A stretch of 64,000 nt of DNA, taken from contig CAYJES010000004.1 in the NCBI GenBank assembly GCA_964369365.1, positions 1,682-65,681 on the forward strand. Direction: 5' to 3'. Positions 27,289 through 37,345 of the stretch are shown here, one piece after another. Both the position numbers and the translations under genes were made by a program. The notes under the pieces were generated by a model. That model saw only the letters and a program-made list of their open reading frames with translations, ran no database searches and was not told where the DNA came from. Positions within the stretch are counted from its first letter, which is position 1. Each line of letters starts with the position of its first letter. The stretch is from an uncultured Lactobacillales bacterium (lineage in GTDB: Bacteria; Pseudomonadota; Alphaproteobacteria; CAYJES01).

Positions 27289-27320
27289 ATAAAAAAAAGC
27301 ACTCATTAAGAGTGCTTTTA
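27289..27320 (-). terminator. Intrinsic terminator after ftsZ
   Basis: Minus strand GCACTC-TTAAT-GAGTGC followed by T8. Confidence 0.75.
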
Positions 27321-27327
27321 AAAAAAA

Positions 27328-28878
27328 CTATCTTCTTAAAAATGTAGGTATTTCAAATCCATCGTCAAAAGAAGAAGAAACACTTCGATCTTCAGGGGTT
27401 ACTGCAAATCCGTTAGCAACCGCAGCCATTTGAGGTTTTTCCTCTATTTTATCACCTCTTGTAATTCCAGTTACTCTTTCAAAAAGACTTGTTCTTACTT
27501 TTTTACTATCTTGATTTTGATTTGATCCATTATCGAAAAAATCATCATTAATTAATTCAACTTCATCTTTTTCATTAATCTCTTCTGATGCTGGAACAAA
27601 GATTACAGGAGGTTTAATCTCGCGACCTATATTCACAATCTTAGGGCTAAATTCTTCATTTTTTACACCTACTCCACCACCTATTGTATTAAAAAAACTT
27701 TGTGCATTAGGCATAGAAGGAATTGCTTCACTTTGTTTTTGATTATCATTAACTTGTTCCATCATTGGTATTTGAGGTTCTGGAACACTTATAGCCATTT
27801 CAGAAATAGGAGCGGCCTGAACAGGTATTTGAATGTTTATAGGTTGCAAATCGTCAAAAGCTTCCTCAGGCTGTTTTTCAACTTTTCGTGGCATACTAAC
27901 ATCTGCGTCACTTTGTTTAAGGCCTGTTGCAACGATAGAAACAACAATATCTTCTTCATCTTCATTATTAAGGCTTGAACCCAATATTATTTCTGCATCT
28001 TCTGATGCTTCTTGTTGGATTCTATTCATTATTTCATCAACTTCATCTAGTTCAACATTTCCTTGAATATTTACAAGAATTTTGCTTGCACCCTTCATAG
28101 ATGAACAATCTAAAAGAGGATTTAGCATCGCACATTCAACCGCTGCAATAGCTCTATCTTCTGTTGTACCAAACCCAGTACCCATCATTGCCATACCGCT
28201 ATTTTCCATAGTAGTTCTTACATCTGAAAAATCTAGATTAATAAGTCCTGGCGATAAAATCAAATTTGTAATACTTTTAACACCATGATATAAAACAGTA
28301 TCAACGCGTTTAAACGATTCTGTAAATTTCATACCTTTTTCAGCTACACAAAATAATTTTTGATTAGGTATAACAATCAAAGAATCAACAGATTGAGCAA
28401 GCTCTAAAATACCAGCTTCTGCTGTTCTCATTCTTTTTGAACCTTCAAACGTAAAAGGTTTAGTTGCAAACGCGACTGTTAAAATTCCCATGTCTTTTGC
28501 AATCTGAGCAACAATAGGTGCAGCCCCTGTACCGGTTCCACCGCCCATTCCGGCTGTTACAAATAACATATGAAAACCTTCAAGAGCTTCTCTAATTTTA
28601 TCTTCTGATTCAATTGCCGATTCGCGACCAACTTCTGGTTTCGCTCCTGCTCCAAGACCAAGAGTTCTTTTTATGCCAAGTTGGATTTTTTGCTCTGTAA
28701 GTGCTGTATTAAGATCTTGAGCATCAGTATTAGCCACGATAAAATCCACCCCAGCTAGCTTCTCTGTAATCATATTATTAACGGCATTAGTTCCAGCTCC
28801 ACCCACGCCAAAAACTGCTATTTTAGGGGTTAAAAATTGCTCAACATTATTATCGGGAACTCCAATTTTCATTTCCAA
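27328..28878 (-). CDS. ftsZ: Cell division GTPase FtsZ
   Basis: 516 aa. GVGGAGTNAVNNM, GGGTGTGAAPIVAQIAK, a long disordered linker, and the conserved C-terminal peptide DGFEIPTFLRR. Confidence 0.95.
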   Translation of the reverse strand: MEMKIGVPDNNVEQFLTPKIAVFGVGGAGTNAVNNMITEKLAGVDFIVANTDAQDLNTALTEQKIQLGIKRTLGLGAGAKPEVGRESAIESEDKIREALEGFHMLFVTAGMGGGTGTGAAPIVAQIAKDMGILTVAFATKPFTFEGSKRMRTAEAGILELAQSVDSLIVIPNQKLFCVAEKGMKFTESFKRVDTVLYHGVKSITNLILSPGLINLDFSDVRTTMENSGMAMMGTGFGTTEDRAIAAVECAMLNPLLDCSSMKGASKILVNIQGNVELDEVDEIMNRIQQEASEDAEIILGSSLNNEDEEDIVVSIVATGLKQSDADVSMPRKVEKQPEEAFDDLQPINIQIPVQAAPISEMAISVPEPQIPMMEQVNDNQKQSEAIPSMPNAQSFFNTIGGGVGVKNEEFSPKIVNIGREIKPPVIFVPASEEINEKDEVELINDDFFDNGSNQNQDSKKVRTSLFERVTGITRGDKIEEKPQMAAVANGFAVTPEDRSVSSSFDDGFEIPTFLRR

Positions 28879-28943
28879 GATTCTCCTTATCTATTTTATA
28901 TATCAACTTTCTATTTGATTTAGTGAAATATAAACTAGAAAAG

Positions 28944-30173
28944 TTAAAAATTCTGTAAGAACCATTTAAATATTTTGGAATTTTTGAATTTTACTTCTTT
29001 TTTCTTTTTAAATTTAGCTGGATTTTCAAGTGCATACTGCAATAATCCGCAACACGTACTAAAACTTCCTGATGATACTTTATTTGGTAATTGATTTATG
29101 TTCATAGGATTTTTTATAACAACTGTCCTATCTAATACAGCAGAGGCAAGTTCTTTTATTCCATGGAGTCCAGCCCCACCACCTGTTAAAATAACTCGAT
29201 TCGCAGGCAATTGAAATAATTGTTTTTCTTTTAAATTATTTTTTATCATTTCAAAAACTTCTTCTACACTAGATGCAATGACATTGGTTAATTCTGATTT
29301 TTTAATACTGATGTATCCGTCTTCTTCTTCATCAGATGGAATATTTATTAATTCATGCCTATCCGCTGAAATTAAAAAAGCACTCCCTTCTGAAATTTTA
29401 AGTTTTTCAGCCTGGGACATACTTATATTTAATCTTTGCGCTATACTTTTCGTGATGTCCACACCACCTATTGGCAAAATATGGGTAAAAATTATTTGAG
29501 AATCAAAAAACATACATATAGAAGTAGTCCCAGCCCCAATATCAATTAAAATTGTACCTAAGTCTTTTTCATAATCGCTAAGACAAGCTAGTGCAGAAGC
29601 ATAAGGAGACGCAACCATTATTGCATTATCAATATGGGTATTTTCCATTACAGTTTCTAGATTTTTTAAGTGCCATTTGTTTGCACTAATAATATGCAAT
29701 TGCACACCCAAATTTCCACCGTACATTCCTCTTGGTTCTTTTACTTGCTCTAAATCATCAATATTATAAGATGTTGGAATGCAGTGAATTATTTTATGGT
29801 TTGGCACATTGAAGTGTGCTGCACAACCTTCTGTTAATCTATTTACATCATTATCACTTATTGGTCGGCCAGATACATCAATTTCCGATGCAAGATTAAC
29901 AGAAGAAACATTATTAACAGCGGCGTTAACCACAACAAGAGAACTTTTAATCCCCCCTGCTTCTGCTTCTGTTTCATCTAGTATTCTTGCAACGCTTTCA
30001 CAAACTTTTTCTATATCTGCTATTTGCCCGTTTTTAAGACCACTTGAACGATGAATTTTATCAGCAACAATTTCCATTTTTCCATCAACAACCTCAGCAA
30101 TTAAGCACGCTATTTTAGACGTGCCGATATCTATTGCTGTTATATAATCTTGATGAAAATTAGGCTTATTCAT
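28944..30173 (-). CDS. ftsA: Cell division protein FtsA
   Basis: 409 aa actin-fold protein. AIDIGTSKIACLIAE, DIGAGTTSI, LTGGGAGLHGI. Position between ftsQ and ftsZ. Confidence 0.9.
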   Translation of the reverse strand: MNKPNFHQDYITAIDIGTSKIACLIAEVVDGKMEIVADKIHRSSGLKNGQIADIEKVCESVARILDETEAEAGGIKSSLVVVNAAVNNVSSVNLASEIDVSGRPISDNDVNRLTEGCAAHFNVPNHKIIHCIPTSYNIDDLEQVKEPRGMYGGNLGVQLHIISANKWHLKNLETVMENTHIDNAIMVASPYASALACLSDYEKDLGTILIDIGAGTTSICMFFDSQIIFTHILPIGGVDITKSIAQRLNISMSQAEKLKISEGSAFLISADRHELINIPSDEEEDGYISIKKSELTNVIASSVEEVFEMIKNNLKEKQLFQLPANRVILTGGGAGLHGIKELASAVLDRTVVIKNPMNINQLPNKVSSGSFSTCCGLLQYALENPAKFKKKKEVKFKNSKIFKWFLQNF

Positions 30174-30175
30174 AA

Positions 30176-30937
30176 TTAACTGTTCTGCCTTTCATTGCTT
30201 GATTTTTGATTAGTTTGAAATTTAATCATTATTTTATCGGGAACCCTTAAATCAATTGTTGAAATTCCTTTATTTAGCAGTGAATTTTCTGCGTCCATAT
30301 CCGCAAGTTCTTCAAGAGCAACATTAGGCATATTTTCTGGCAGTTTAATTTCAATTCCTTTTTCTAAATCATCTAAAACAATATTCCATCTTCTATTGCC
30401 TTCTCTGACCAATGCTTTTACTCTATGCTTTACTTCTGGAAAATGTGAATCTATATATGAAAATAATAAAGGAGCACCACCAGGAGCATTCATACCAATC
30501 ACAATAGGAAGTTTATTAAATTTATTAGCATCTGCTTTTAAAACCTGACCTTCTTCACTTATAATATAATAATTACCTCTATTTTGCCATACAGCAATCG
30601 GAACATGCTCTTCTATTTCCACCACTAATTTATCAGGAAGGATTCTTTTAACTGTTGCTTTTTTGACCCAAGCAAGCTCAGAAAGCCTTTGTTGAGCTGA
30701 ATGTATATCAACTGCGAATATAGGTGTTCCTCTTTTGGCATTAATTATATTTGTTATACTTGCAAAAGTCGTATTTTCACGACCAAACAATTCTATTTCT
30801 TGGATATTAAATCCCATTTCAGACGACTTTTCTATTGCCTTATTCATGTATTCTGATCTGTTAAACAAAAGCACGCCTAACAATACCAAAATAACAATAG
30901 CAATTAAAATTATAACATACCTTAACAATTTTTGCAT
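30176..30937 (-). CDS. ftsQ: Cell division protein FtsQ
   Basis: 253 aa. Single N-terminal TM helix, POTRA-like region, conserved position ddl-ftsQ-ftsA. Confidence 0.8.
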   Translation of the reverse strand: MQKLLRYVIILIAIVILVLLGVLLFNRSEYMNKAIEKSSEMGFNIQEIELFGRENTTFASITNIINAKRGTPIFAVDIHSAQQRLSELAWVKKATVKRILPDKLVVEIEEHVPIAVWQNRGNYYIISEEGQVLKADANKFNKLPIVIGMNAPGGAPLLFSYIDSHFPEVKHRVKALVREGNRRWNIVLDDLEKGIEIKLPENMPNVALEELADMDAENSLLNKGISTIDLRVPDKIMIKFQTNQKSSNERQNS

Positions 30938-31830
30938 ACTGCACTCTCCACCATATATTCTATTATATCTTCGTAACTAATACCTTTTAATTTTGCAATA
31001 TCAGGTATCAAAGATGTATTTGTCATCCCTGGTTGGGTATTAATTTCAAGTAGCGCAAGTTTATCATTTTTTTCATCATACCTAAAATCACACCTAGTAA
31101 TTCCATTACACCCAATCACTTTATGAGCCATTAAAGCATAATTTTCTAACTTTTTTATTACCAAATCAGAAATATTTTCAATTTTTATGTGTTTTGATCC
31201 ACCATCGCTGTATTTAGCATCATAATTATAAAAAATTCTGTCTGTTATAATTTCTGATATACCTAACACGTCATTATTTATAATCCCTACTGTTATTTCT
31301 CTGCCTTCTATATACTCTTCCAGCATCGCTTTTTCAAAATTCCATTTTATATTATCGAAATCTTGTTTTGAACTTATTAAATATATTCCAACAGAAGAAC
31401 CTTCATTAACTGGTTTTAAAATTGCTTTTCCTGATTTATAGTAATTTTTAACATCTTCAAAATTGCCAACGATTCCTTTTGCAGTTGGGATTCCTATTGA
31501 ATTAAATAGTGATTTTGCCTTATCCTTATCCATAGCAATTGATGATGCCAACACCCCAGAATGAGTATAAGGAATGGCCAGCAAATCAAACAATCCTTGC
31601 ACACAGCCGTCTTCACCAAAAGTCCCATGCAAAGCATTAAAAATAACATCAGGATTAAAATCAGAAATTATTTTAATAAAATTAGGAATATCTCTTGTCA
31701 AATCAATTAAACAAGCATCATAGCCGAGCTTAATCAAAGAATTGTAACAATTTTCACCAGTTTTAAGAGAAATTTCCCTTTCATTTGAAAAGCCTCCATA
31801 AACAACTGCAATTTTTTTATTCTTTTTCAT
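30922..31830 (-). CDS. ddl: D-alanine--D-alanine ligase
   Basis: 302 aa. IAVVYGGFSNEREISL, HGTFGEDGCVQGLFDLLAIPYTHSG, LLEINTQPGMT. Confidence 0.9.
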   Translation of the reverse strand: MKKNKKIAVVYGGFSNEREISLKTGENCYNSLIKLGYDACLIDLTRDIPNFIKIISDFNPDVIFNALHGTFGEDGCVQGLFDLLAIPYTHSGVLASSIAMDKDKAKSLFNSIGIPTAKGIVGNFEDVKNYYKSGKAILKPVNEGSSVGIYLISSKQDFDNIKWNFEKAMLEEYIEGREITVGIINNDVLGISEIITDRIFYNYDAKYSDGGSKHIKIENISDLVIKKLENYALMAHKVIGCNGITRCDFRYDEKNDKLALLEINTQPGMTNTSLIPDIAKLKGISYEDIIEYMVESAVCKNC

Positions 31831-31835
31831 TTTTA

Positions 31836-32735
31836 TTAATAACCCAACCTTTTAATTTCCCATTCCAAAGTAATTTTGTGTTGATTATAAACTTTTTCAA
31901 TAATTGCATTTCCCAAATCTTCTATATCTTTTGCTGTTGCATTTCCTTCATTTATTAAGAAATTACAATGTTTTTCTGACACCTTTGCTCCGCCAATTTG
32001 CATACCTTTGCAACCAGCTTCATCAATTAATTTCCAAGCAGGCGCTTCACTAGGGTTTTTAAATGTAGATCCACAAGTTTTAACCCCCATAGGTTGGGTC
32101 GATTTTCTTTTTTCCCTATATTCATCCATTTTATTTTTAATATTTTCCATATCGTCTAAATATCCTTCGAACGCGATATCTACAAACAAAAAATCATCTG
32201 CTATATCAGTTTTACGGTATGAAAATCCCATTTCAGAATTATCATAACTGATATATTTTCCTTGTTTATCAAATCCACTTATTTTGATTGCTATGTCTTT
32301 TATTTCTCTGCCATGACAACCTGCATTCATTCGCACAGCACCACCAACAGTACCAGGAATATCACGCAAAAATTCAAATCCACCAATCCCATTTTCATAA
32401 GCAGTTTTAGCGACAGCAACATTACTTGCGCCACCTCCGCAATAAATCTTGTTACCTTTTACTTTTATATTTGAAAATTCTTTGCCCAGTTTTAATACAC
32501 AACCTTTTATCCCGCCGTCTCGGATTAAAACATTTGAACATCCACCCAACACCAATATTGGGATATTTTTTGCTTCTTTTAAAAAATATTCTATATCTTC
32601 GTTATCTCTAGGATAAAACAAAAAATCCGCATTACCACCAACCCCAAACCAAGTCATATCGGACAAGCCAAAATTTTCGAACACTTGTCCCTTTGTTTGC
32701 GATAATATTTTTTTACATCCGTTTTTATCAAACAT
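31836..32735 (-). CDS. murB: UDP-N-acetylenolpyruvoylglucosamine reductase
   Basis: 299 aa. WFGVGGNADFLF, LGGCSNVLIRDGG, GGAVRMNAGCHG, CGSTFKNP. Confidence 0.9.
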   Translation of the reverse strand: MFDKNGCKKILSQTKGQVFENFGLSDMTWFGVGGNADFLFYPRDNEDIEYFLKEAKNIPILVLGGCSNVLIRDGGIKGCVLKLGKEFSNIKVKGNKIYCGGGASNVAVAKTAYENGIGGFEFLRDIPGTVGGAVRMNAGCHGREIKDIAIKISGFDKQGKYISYDNSEMGFSYRKTDIADDFLFVDIAFEGYLDDMENIKNKMDEYREKRKSTQPMGVKTCGSTFKNPSEAPAWKLIDEAGCKGMQIGGAKVSEKHCNFLINEGNATAKDIEDLGNAIIEKVYNQHKITLEWEIKRLGY

Positions 32736-32737
32736 TT

Positions 32738-33829
32738 TTACTTACTTTCCTTAAGCACAAGTTCAGCTAGTTTTTCATCTGCATTAACCACTCCAAGTGT
32801 AGAAGCATTGTATGCCGCTTCTTGCAAAAACACAGGATTATTCATCAAGTATTCCAATATTTTTTTAACTTCTGATGGGTTAAAATTATCTTCTGCCATT
32901 ATCCAACCTGCGCCTTTTTCTTGGACAAAGGTTGCGTTTTCAATTTGATCACCATCACGTGAAACTTTAAGAGGTATAATAACAGCAGGCCTTCCAATAG
33001 CATTACTTTCTGCAAGGGTAGACGACCCTCCTCGACACATCAATAAATGAGCATTTTCAATTTTCTTTTCCATACTTGCAAAAAAAGTTCCTAATTGAAC
33101 GTTTATTCCTGCTTCTTCATAAACTTTACGCACTTCATCGATTTCTTCTTCTCTACATTGTTGCAAAATATTTATGCGTTTTTTATATTTTTCATCAAGC
33201 AATGATATCCCATACGGTATAACCATACTAAATATCTTAGCACCTTGCGAACCTCCAAAAATTAAAATATTAAACTCGTTGTCTTTTGTTAATTCAGGAT
33301 ATTTTGAATTTGCTTTTGACTTTATTTCTGGGCGTATTGGCATACCTACGTGAACAGTTTTTGCAGATTTAGGAACCTTTTTAGTTTCCACAAATGAAAG
33401 TGCAAGAATTTTTGCAAATTTTACACTAAACCTGTTTGCTCTACCTAATATTGCATTTTGTTCGTGCAGTATAATTGGAATACGTCTCAACATCCCCGCA
33501 ATAACAGTAGGAGCAGAAGCATATCCACCAAATGCAGCAATAGCATTAGGTTTTATTTTGCCAAGAGCGAGAAATGCTTGAAAAATACCGACACACAGAT
33601 TAAATAGCCCAATACATCTTTTTATAATATTGCCACTTGGGCTTGATGCTTTTATTTTATAAATTGGATGTTTTATAAAAATGCCTTTAAATTTAGAACC
33701 TCTTTCATCCGTTATCAGGGCTATTTTATGACCTTTACTTACTAAGTTCTCAGCAAAACTGGCTGCTGGAAACATATGCCCCCCTGTTCCGCCCGTTGTT
33801 ACCACTATTGTTCTTTTATTATTTACCAT
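32738..33829 (-). CDS. murG: Lipid II synthase MurG
   Basis: ORF trimmed to MVNNKRTIVVTTGGTGGHMFPA (ATG 33829, GAGG upstream). FGGSQGA, CRGGSSTLAE. Confidence 0.9.
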   Translation of the reverse strand: MVNNKRTIVVTTGGTGGHMFPAASFAENLVSKGHKIALITDERGSKFKGIFIKHPIYKIKASSPSGNIIKRCIGLFNLCVGIFQAFLALGKIKPNAIAAFGGYASAPTVIAGMLRRIPIILHEQNAILGRANRFSVKFAKILALSFVETKKVPKSAKTVHVGMPIRPEIKSKANSKYPELTKDNEFNILIFGGSQGAKIFSMVIPYGISLLDEKYKKRINILQQCREEEIDEVRKVYEEAGINVQLGTFFASMEKKIENAHLLMCRGGSSTLAESNAIGRPAVIIPLKVSRDGDQIENATFVQEKGAGWIMAEDNFNPSEVKKILEYLMNNPVFLQEAAYNASTLGVVNADEKLAELVLKESK

Positions 33830-33830
33830 A

Positions 33831-34937
33831 TTATACCTCTTTTGTTTTTTTAGTAAGTGCAAGGATAATCCCAATGCCAAATGATACCGCTACCAAAGAT
33901 GAGCCACCATATGAAATAAACGGCAAAGTCATTCCTTTTGTTGGAATCAGGCTAATTGTTGAAGATATATTAACCAACGCTTGAAATCCGAGCTGAGCAC
34001 AAAGACCTGCAACTGTTATAATTGCAAATAAGTTATTATTTGATGCAACCCTATATAAACTATACACCACAACAAAACAGTATATAGCAACAATTAACAA
34101 GCACATTATAAATCCAAATTCTTCAGCTGCTACCGTTAATATAAAATCTGTATGAACATCGGGAACCGTTGCTTTTACACTGCCTTCTCCTGGCCCTCTG
34201 CCAAAAAAACTACCATTTGAAAATGCTTTAATAGCAGAAGTTACCTGATACGTATCCCCACTTTCAGGATTTAAAAATGTATCTATCCTTGTCCTTACAT
34301 GGGAAAATGTAAAATAAGCAATAACCATAAATAATACAGCCCCACCAATCAGAATTCCAACAAAAGCCAAAGACAGTCCAGCAACAAAAAATTGTGCGCC
34401 CCAAGTCAGCGAAATAATAATTGTCATACCTATATCAGGTTGCAATACAAGTAGTGAAACTACAGCCAAATAAAAACCTATTGCGATTTTTACTCCTGGA
34501 AAATCCGGGCGCATACAGCCATACGAAAACGCCCAACCAACCATAACAGCAAAGGCAGGCTTCATAAATTCAGATGGCTGAATACTTATCCCGAAAATAT
34601 TAATCCACCTAGTAGCACCTTTGATTTCTTGCCCCATAAACAAAACAAGTAGCATCAAAAATATGCTTCCAGCAAAAACAAGCAGGCTTAAAAGTCTTAT
34701 TTGACGGTTATTAAGCAAGGATGTTAAAAATATAACCCCCAATGAAATCGGCAAAAACATCAAATGTTTTTTAACAAAGTAATAAGGGCCAACCCCTATT
34801 CTTTCAGCAACAGAAGGCGATGCGGATAACAATAAAACCACACCCAAAACACATAAAGTCATAACGCAAAAAAGGATGAAACCATCTATGTTCCACCACC
34901 ATTTTGCTATTAAACTTTTATCCGATCTTAAAAACAT
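33831..34937 (-). CDS. ftsW: SEDS-family peptidoglycan glycosyltransferase FtsW
   Basis: 368 aa polytopic protein. QPSEFMKPAF, QPDIGMT, PTKGMTLPFISYGGSS. Confidence 0.9.
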   Translation of the reverse strand: MFLRSDKSLIAKWWWNIDGFILFCVMTLCVLGVVLLLSASPSVAERIGVGPYYFVKKHLMFLPISLGVIFLTSLLNNRQIRLLSLLVFAGSIFLMLLVLFMGQEIKGATRWINIFGISIQPSEFMKPAFAVMVGWAFSYGCMRPDFPGVKIAIGFYLAVVSLLVLQPDIGMTIIISLTWGAQFFVAGLSLAFVGILIGGAVLFMVIAYFTFSHVRTRIDTFLNPESGDTYQVTSAIKAFSNGSFFGRGPGEGSVKATVPDVHTDFILTVAAEEFGFIMCLLIVAIYCFVVVYSLYRVASNNNLFAIITVAGLCAQLGFQALVNISSTISLIPTKGMTLPFISYGGSSLVAVSFGIGIILALTKKTKEV

Positions 34938-34944
34938 TAATCCA

Positions 34945-36012
34945 TCACTCCACCGGTCTGTAAATACTAAGTAAAGCTAGTGCAGAAAACAGAATTGAAA
35001 GTATCCAAAAACGGATAACTATTGTTACTTCATGAACCCCTTTTTTCTCGTAGTGATGATGCAAAGGAGCCATAAGGAAAAATCTTCTTTTATTTTTAAA
35101 ATGATAGAAATAAATTTGAATTACATCTGATATACCTTCGATCACAAAAACCCCAGCAAGAATTACTAACAATAATTCTTGTTTTAATAGTATAGCAACC
35201 GCACCCAGCACACTACCCAAAAATAAAGAACCGATATCACCCATAAATACTTTTGCAGGATATGCATTATACCATAAAAAACCTAATAATGCACCGGTAA
35301 CACTTATACAAAAAATCATTATTTCATCGCCATCAATGACTGTTGGCACTTCCATAATAAAAGATGCGCCAAGAAAACTCGCAAACCACGCAATCAGCGC
35401 AAATGTAGCCATAGGGAATAACAAGCTACCTGCTGCAAGCCCATCTAGCCCATCAGAAAAGTTAACAGTATTGCAAGTCGATGCTAAAAGCACCATTGCA
35501 AATATAGCATAATAATAGCCTAAATCAAAACTAACCCCACTGAAAAAAGGCATATGAATTGTGGTAGTAAAATCTGTTGGTTCTAGATAATAAATCCAAA
35601 AGAATAATAAAAGACCTAAAAATCCTTCTAACACCAATCTTATTCTTTTTGAAATTCCCTTAATATCATTTTTACGCAACTTATTAAAATCATCAAAAAA
35701 TCCAATAGCCCCGCCTAGCAAACCTGTAACTAAAATTATATGAATATAAACACTGTCAATTCTATTCCACAATAATGTCGCAACCAATATGGCAAGTATT
35801 ATAATTACACCACCCATTGTTGGTGTTCCTTGTTTGGTTTCAACATGAGTAGCAGGACCATCAGAACGAATTGGTTGACCTTGTTTTTGTATTTTTTTTA
35901 ACCATGAAATAATATATTTCCCAAAAATAAGAGCAACAAAAAAAGCTGTAAAAAATGCCCCAAACGCTCTTAAATATACCATTTCAAAAATTTCTGCAGT
36001 AAAATATAACAT
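34945..36012 (-). CDS. mraY: Phospho-N-acetylmuramoyl-pentapeptide transferase
   Basis: 355 aa. TPTMGG, DDFNKL, NTVNFSDGLDGLA, FMGDIGSL, APLHHHYE. Confidence 0.95.
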   Translation of the reverse strand: MLYFTAEIFEMVYLRAFGAFFTAFFVALIFGKYIISWLKKIQKQGQPIRSDGPATHVETKQGTPTMGGVIIILAILVATLLWNRIDSVYIHIILVTGLLGGAIGFFDDFNKLRKNDIKGISKRIRLVLEGFLGLLLFFWIYYLEPTDFTTTIHMPFFSGVSFDLGYYYAIFAMVLLASTCNTVNFSDGLDGLAAGSLLFPMATFALIAWFASFLGASFIMEVPTVIDGDEIMIFCISVTGALLGFLWYNAYPAKVFMGDIGSLFLGSVLGAVAILLKQELLLVILAGVFVIEGISDVIQIYFYHFKNKRRFFLMAPLHHHYEKKGVHEVTIVIRFWILSILFSALALLSIYRPVE

Positions 36013-36016
36013 TTTC

Positions 36017-37345
36017 TTAATCCTGATTTAATGATTTCAGCCAATCTACTATTAATAACATATTACTTCCTAACGAACCCTTAACAAGAATAACATCTTC
36101 ATTTTCTATTTCGCCATCAAGCAATTCTTTTAACTTTTTTGAATCTTCTGCCCATTCACCTTTTATTTGTTCCGGCAACATATCAAACAAACTTTTGATA
36201 TCATTGCAACAACAATAAACTTTATCAATTTGTGCATTTAATATTTCTGACAACAAACCTTCGTGCAAAGTTTTTGCAAATTCTCCCAGCTCTCTCATCT
36301 CGCCTAATATTGCTACCTTTCTTTTATCTTTATAACTTCCCAGAACTTTAAATGCTGCTGTCATTGAATCTGGATTTGCGTTATAAGCATCATCAATCAA
36401 AGTAAATTCACCAAATTTAGTATTTATTATTTTGGTTTCACCTCTGCCTTTTAATGAATTTAATTTTGAAATTCCTTTAATTGCAGCATTAACATCAACT
36501 CCTAATGCATCAACCGCTCCCAACACCATGACACTATTTAAGGCTTGATGTTCGCCTTTCATCAACAATGAATAACAATATTCTTTACCATTTATTTCAC
36601 ATTTCACATCGCCATTATTATAATTTAGCAATTTTAAATCATTATCATCGCCCAACACCAAAATATTGTTACTATATTCGTTTGCTTTTTCATTGAGTAA
36701 ATTAAAAAATTCTCCTTTTGCAATTACTGCAATCCCGTCTTTATTAAGACCTTGAAAAATTTCCGATTTTGCCAGCGCTATATCATTTGTTGTTTTGAAA
36801 AAACCATGATGAGCTCTGCCTATATTTGTAATAATTGCAACATCAGGTTTCGCAATTTTAGTTAATTGTTCTATTTCACCGGAATGATTCATTCCCATTT
36901 CTAAAATCACATAATCTATATCCAATGGCATGTTAACCAATGTAATAGGAAGGCCTATTAAATTATTCATATTACCTACGGTAGCATAAGTTTTTCCTTG
37001 AATTTCTAGGGCCGCTTTCAATAATTCTTTAGTCGAAGTTTTACCACTGCTGCCTGTAATTCCTATGAACTTAGCTTTTGAAATACTTCTTACATAAATT
37101 GCCAGCTGATTCAAAATCGCAAGAGTATCTTCGACAACAATAAATTTGTCTTTATCAATACCTTCAATTTCTTTTTCTACTATTGCTTTACTTGCACCAT
37201 TTTTAAATGCTTCTTCAAGAAAATCGTGACCATCATGATTTTCGCCTTTTATCGCAATATAAATTTGACCAGGTTTAACTTCACGACTGTCACGTTCAAT
37301 TTTTCCGATACATTCATGCAATTGTTCCATTACGTTATTGTTCAT
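36017..37345 (-). CDS. murF: UDP-MurNAc-tripeptide--D-Ala-D-Ala ligase
   Basis: 442 aa. ITGSSGKTSTKE, EMGMNHSGEI, NIGRAHHG, DDAYNANPDSM. Position between ftsI and mraY. Confidence 0.85.
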   Translation of the reverse strand: MNNNVMEQLHECIGKIERDSREVKPGQIYIAIKGENHDGHDFLEEAFKNGASKAIVEKEIEGIDKDKFIVVEDTLAILNQLAIYVRSISKAKFIGITGSSGKTSTKELLKAALEIQGKTYATVGNMNNLIGLPITLVNMPLDIDYVILEMGMNHSGEIEQLTKIAKPDVAIITNIGRAHHGFFKTTNDIALAKSEIFQGLNKDGIAVIAKGEFFNLLNEKANEYSNNILVLGDDNDLKLLNYNNGDVKCEINGKEYCYSLLMKGEHQALNSVMVLGAVDALGVDVNAAIKGISKLNSLKGRGETKIINTKFGEFTLIDDAYNANPDSMTAAFKVLGSYKDKRKVAILGEMRELGEFAKTLHEGLLSEILNAQIDKVYCCCNDIKSLFDMLPEQIKGEWAEDSKKLKELLDGEIENEDVILVKGSLGSNMLLIVDWLKSLNQD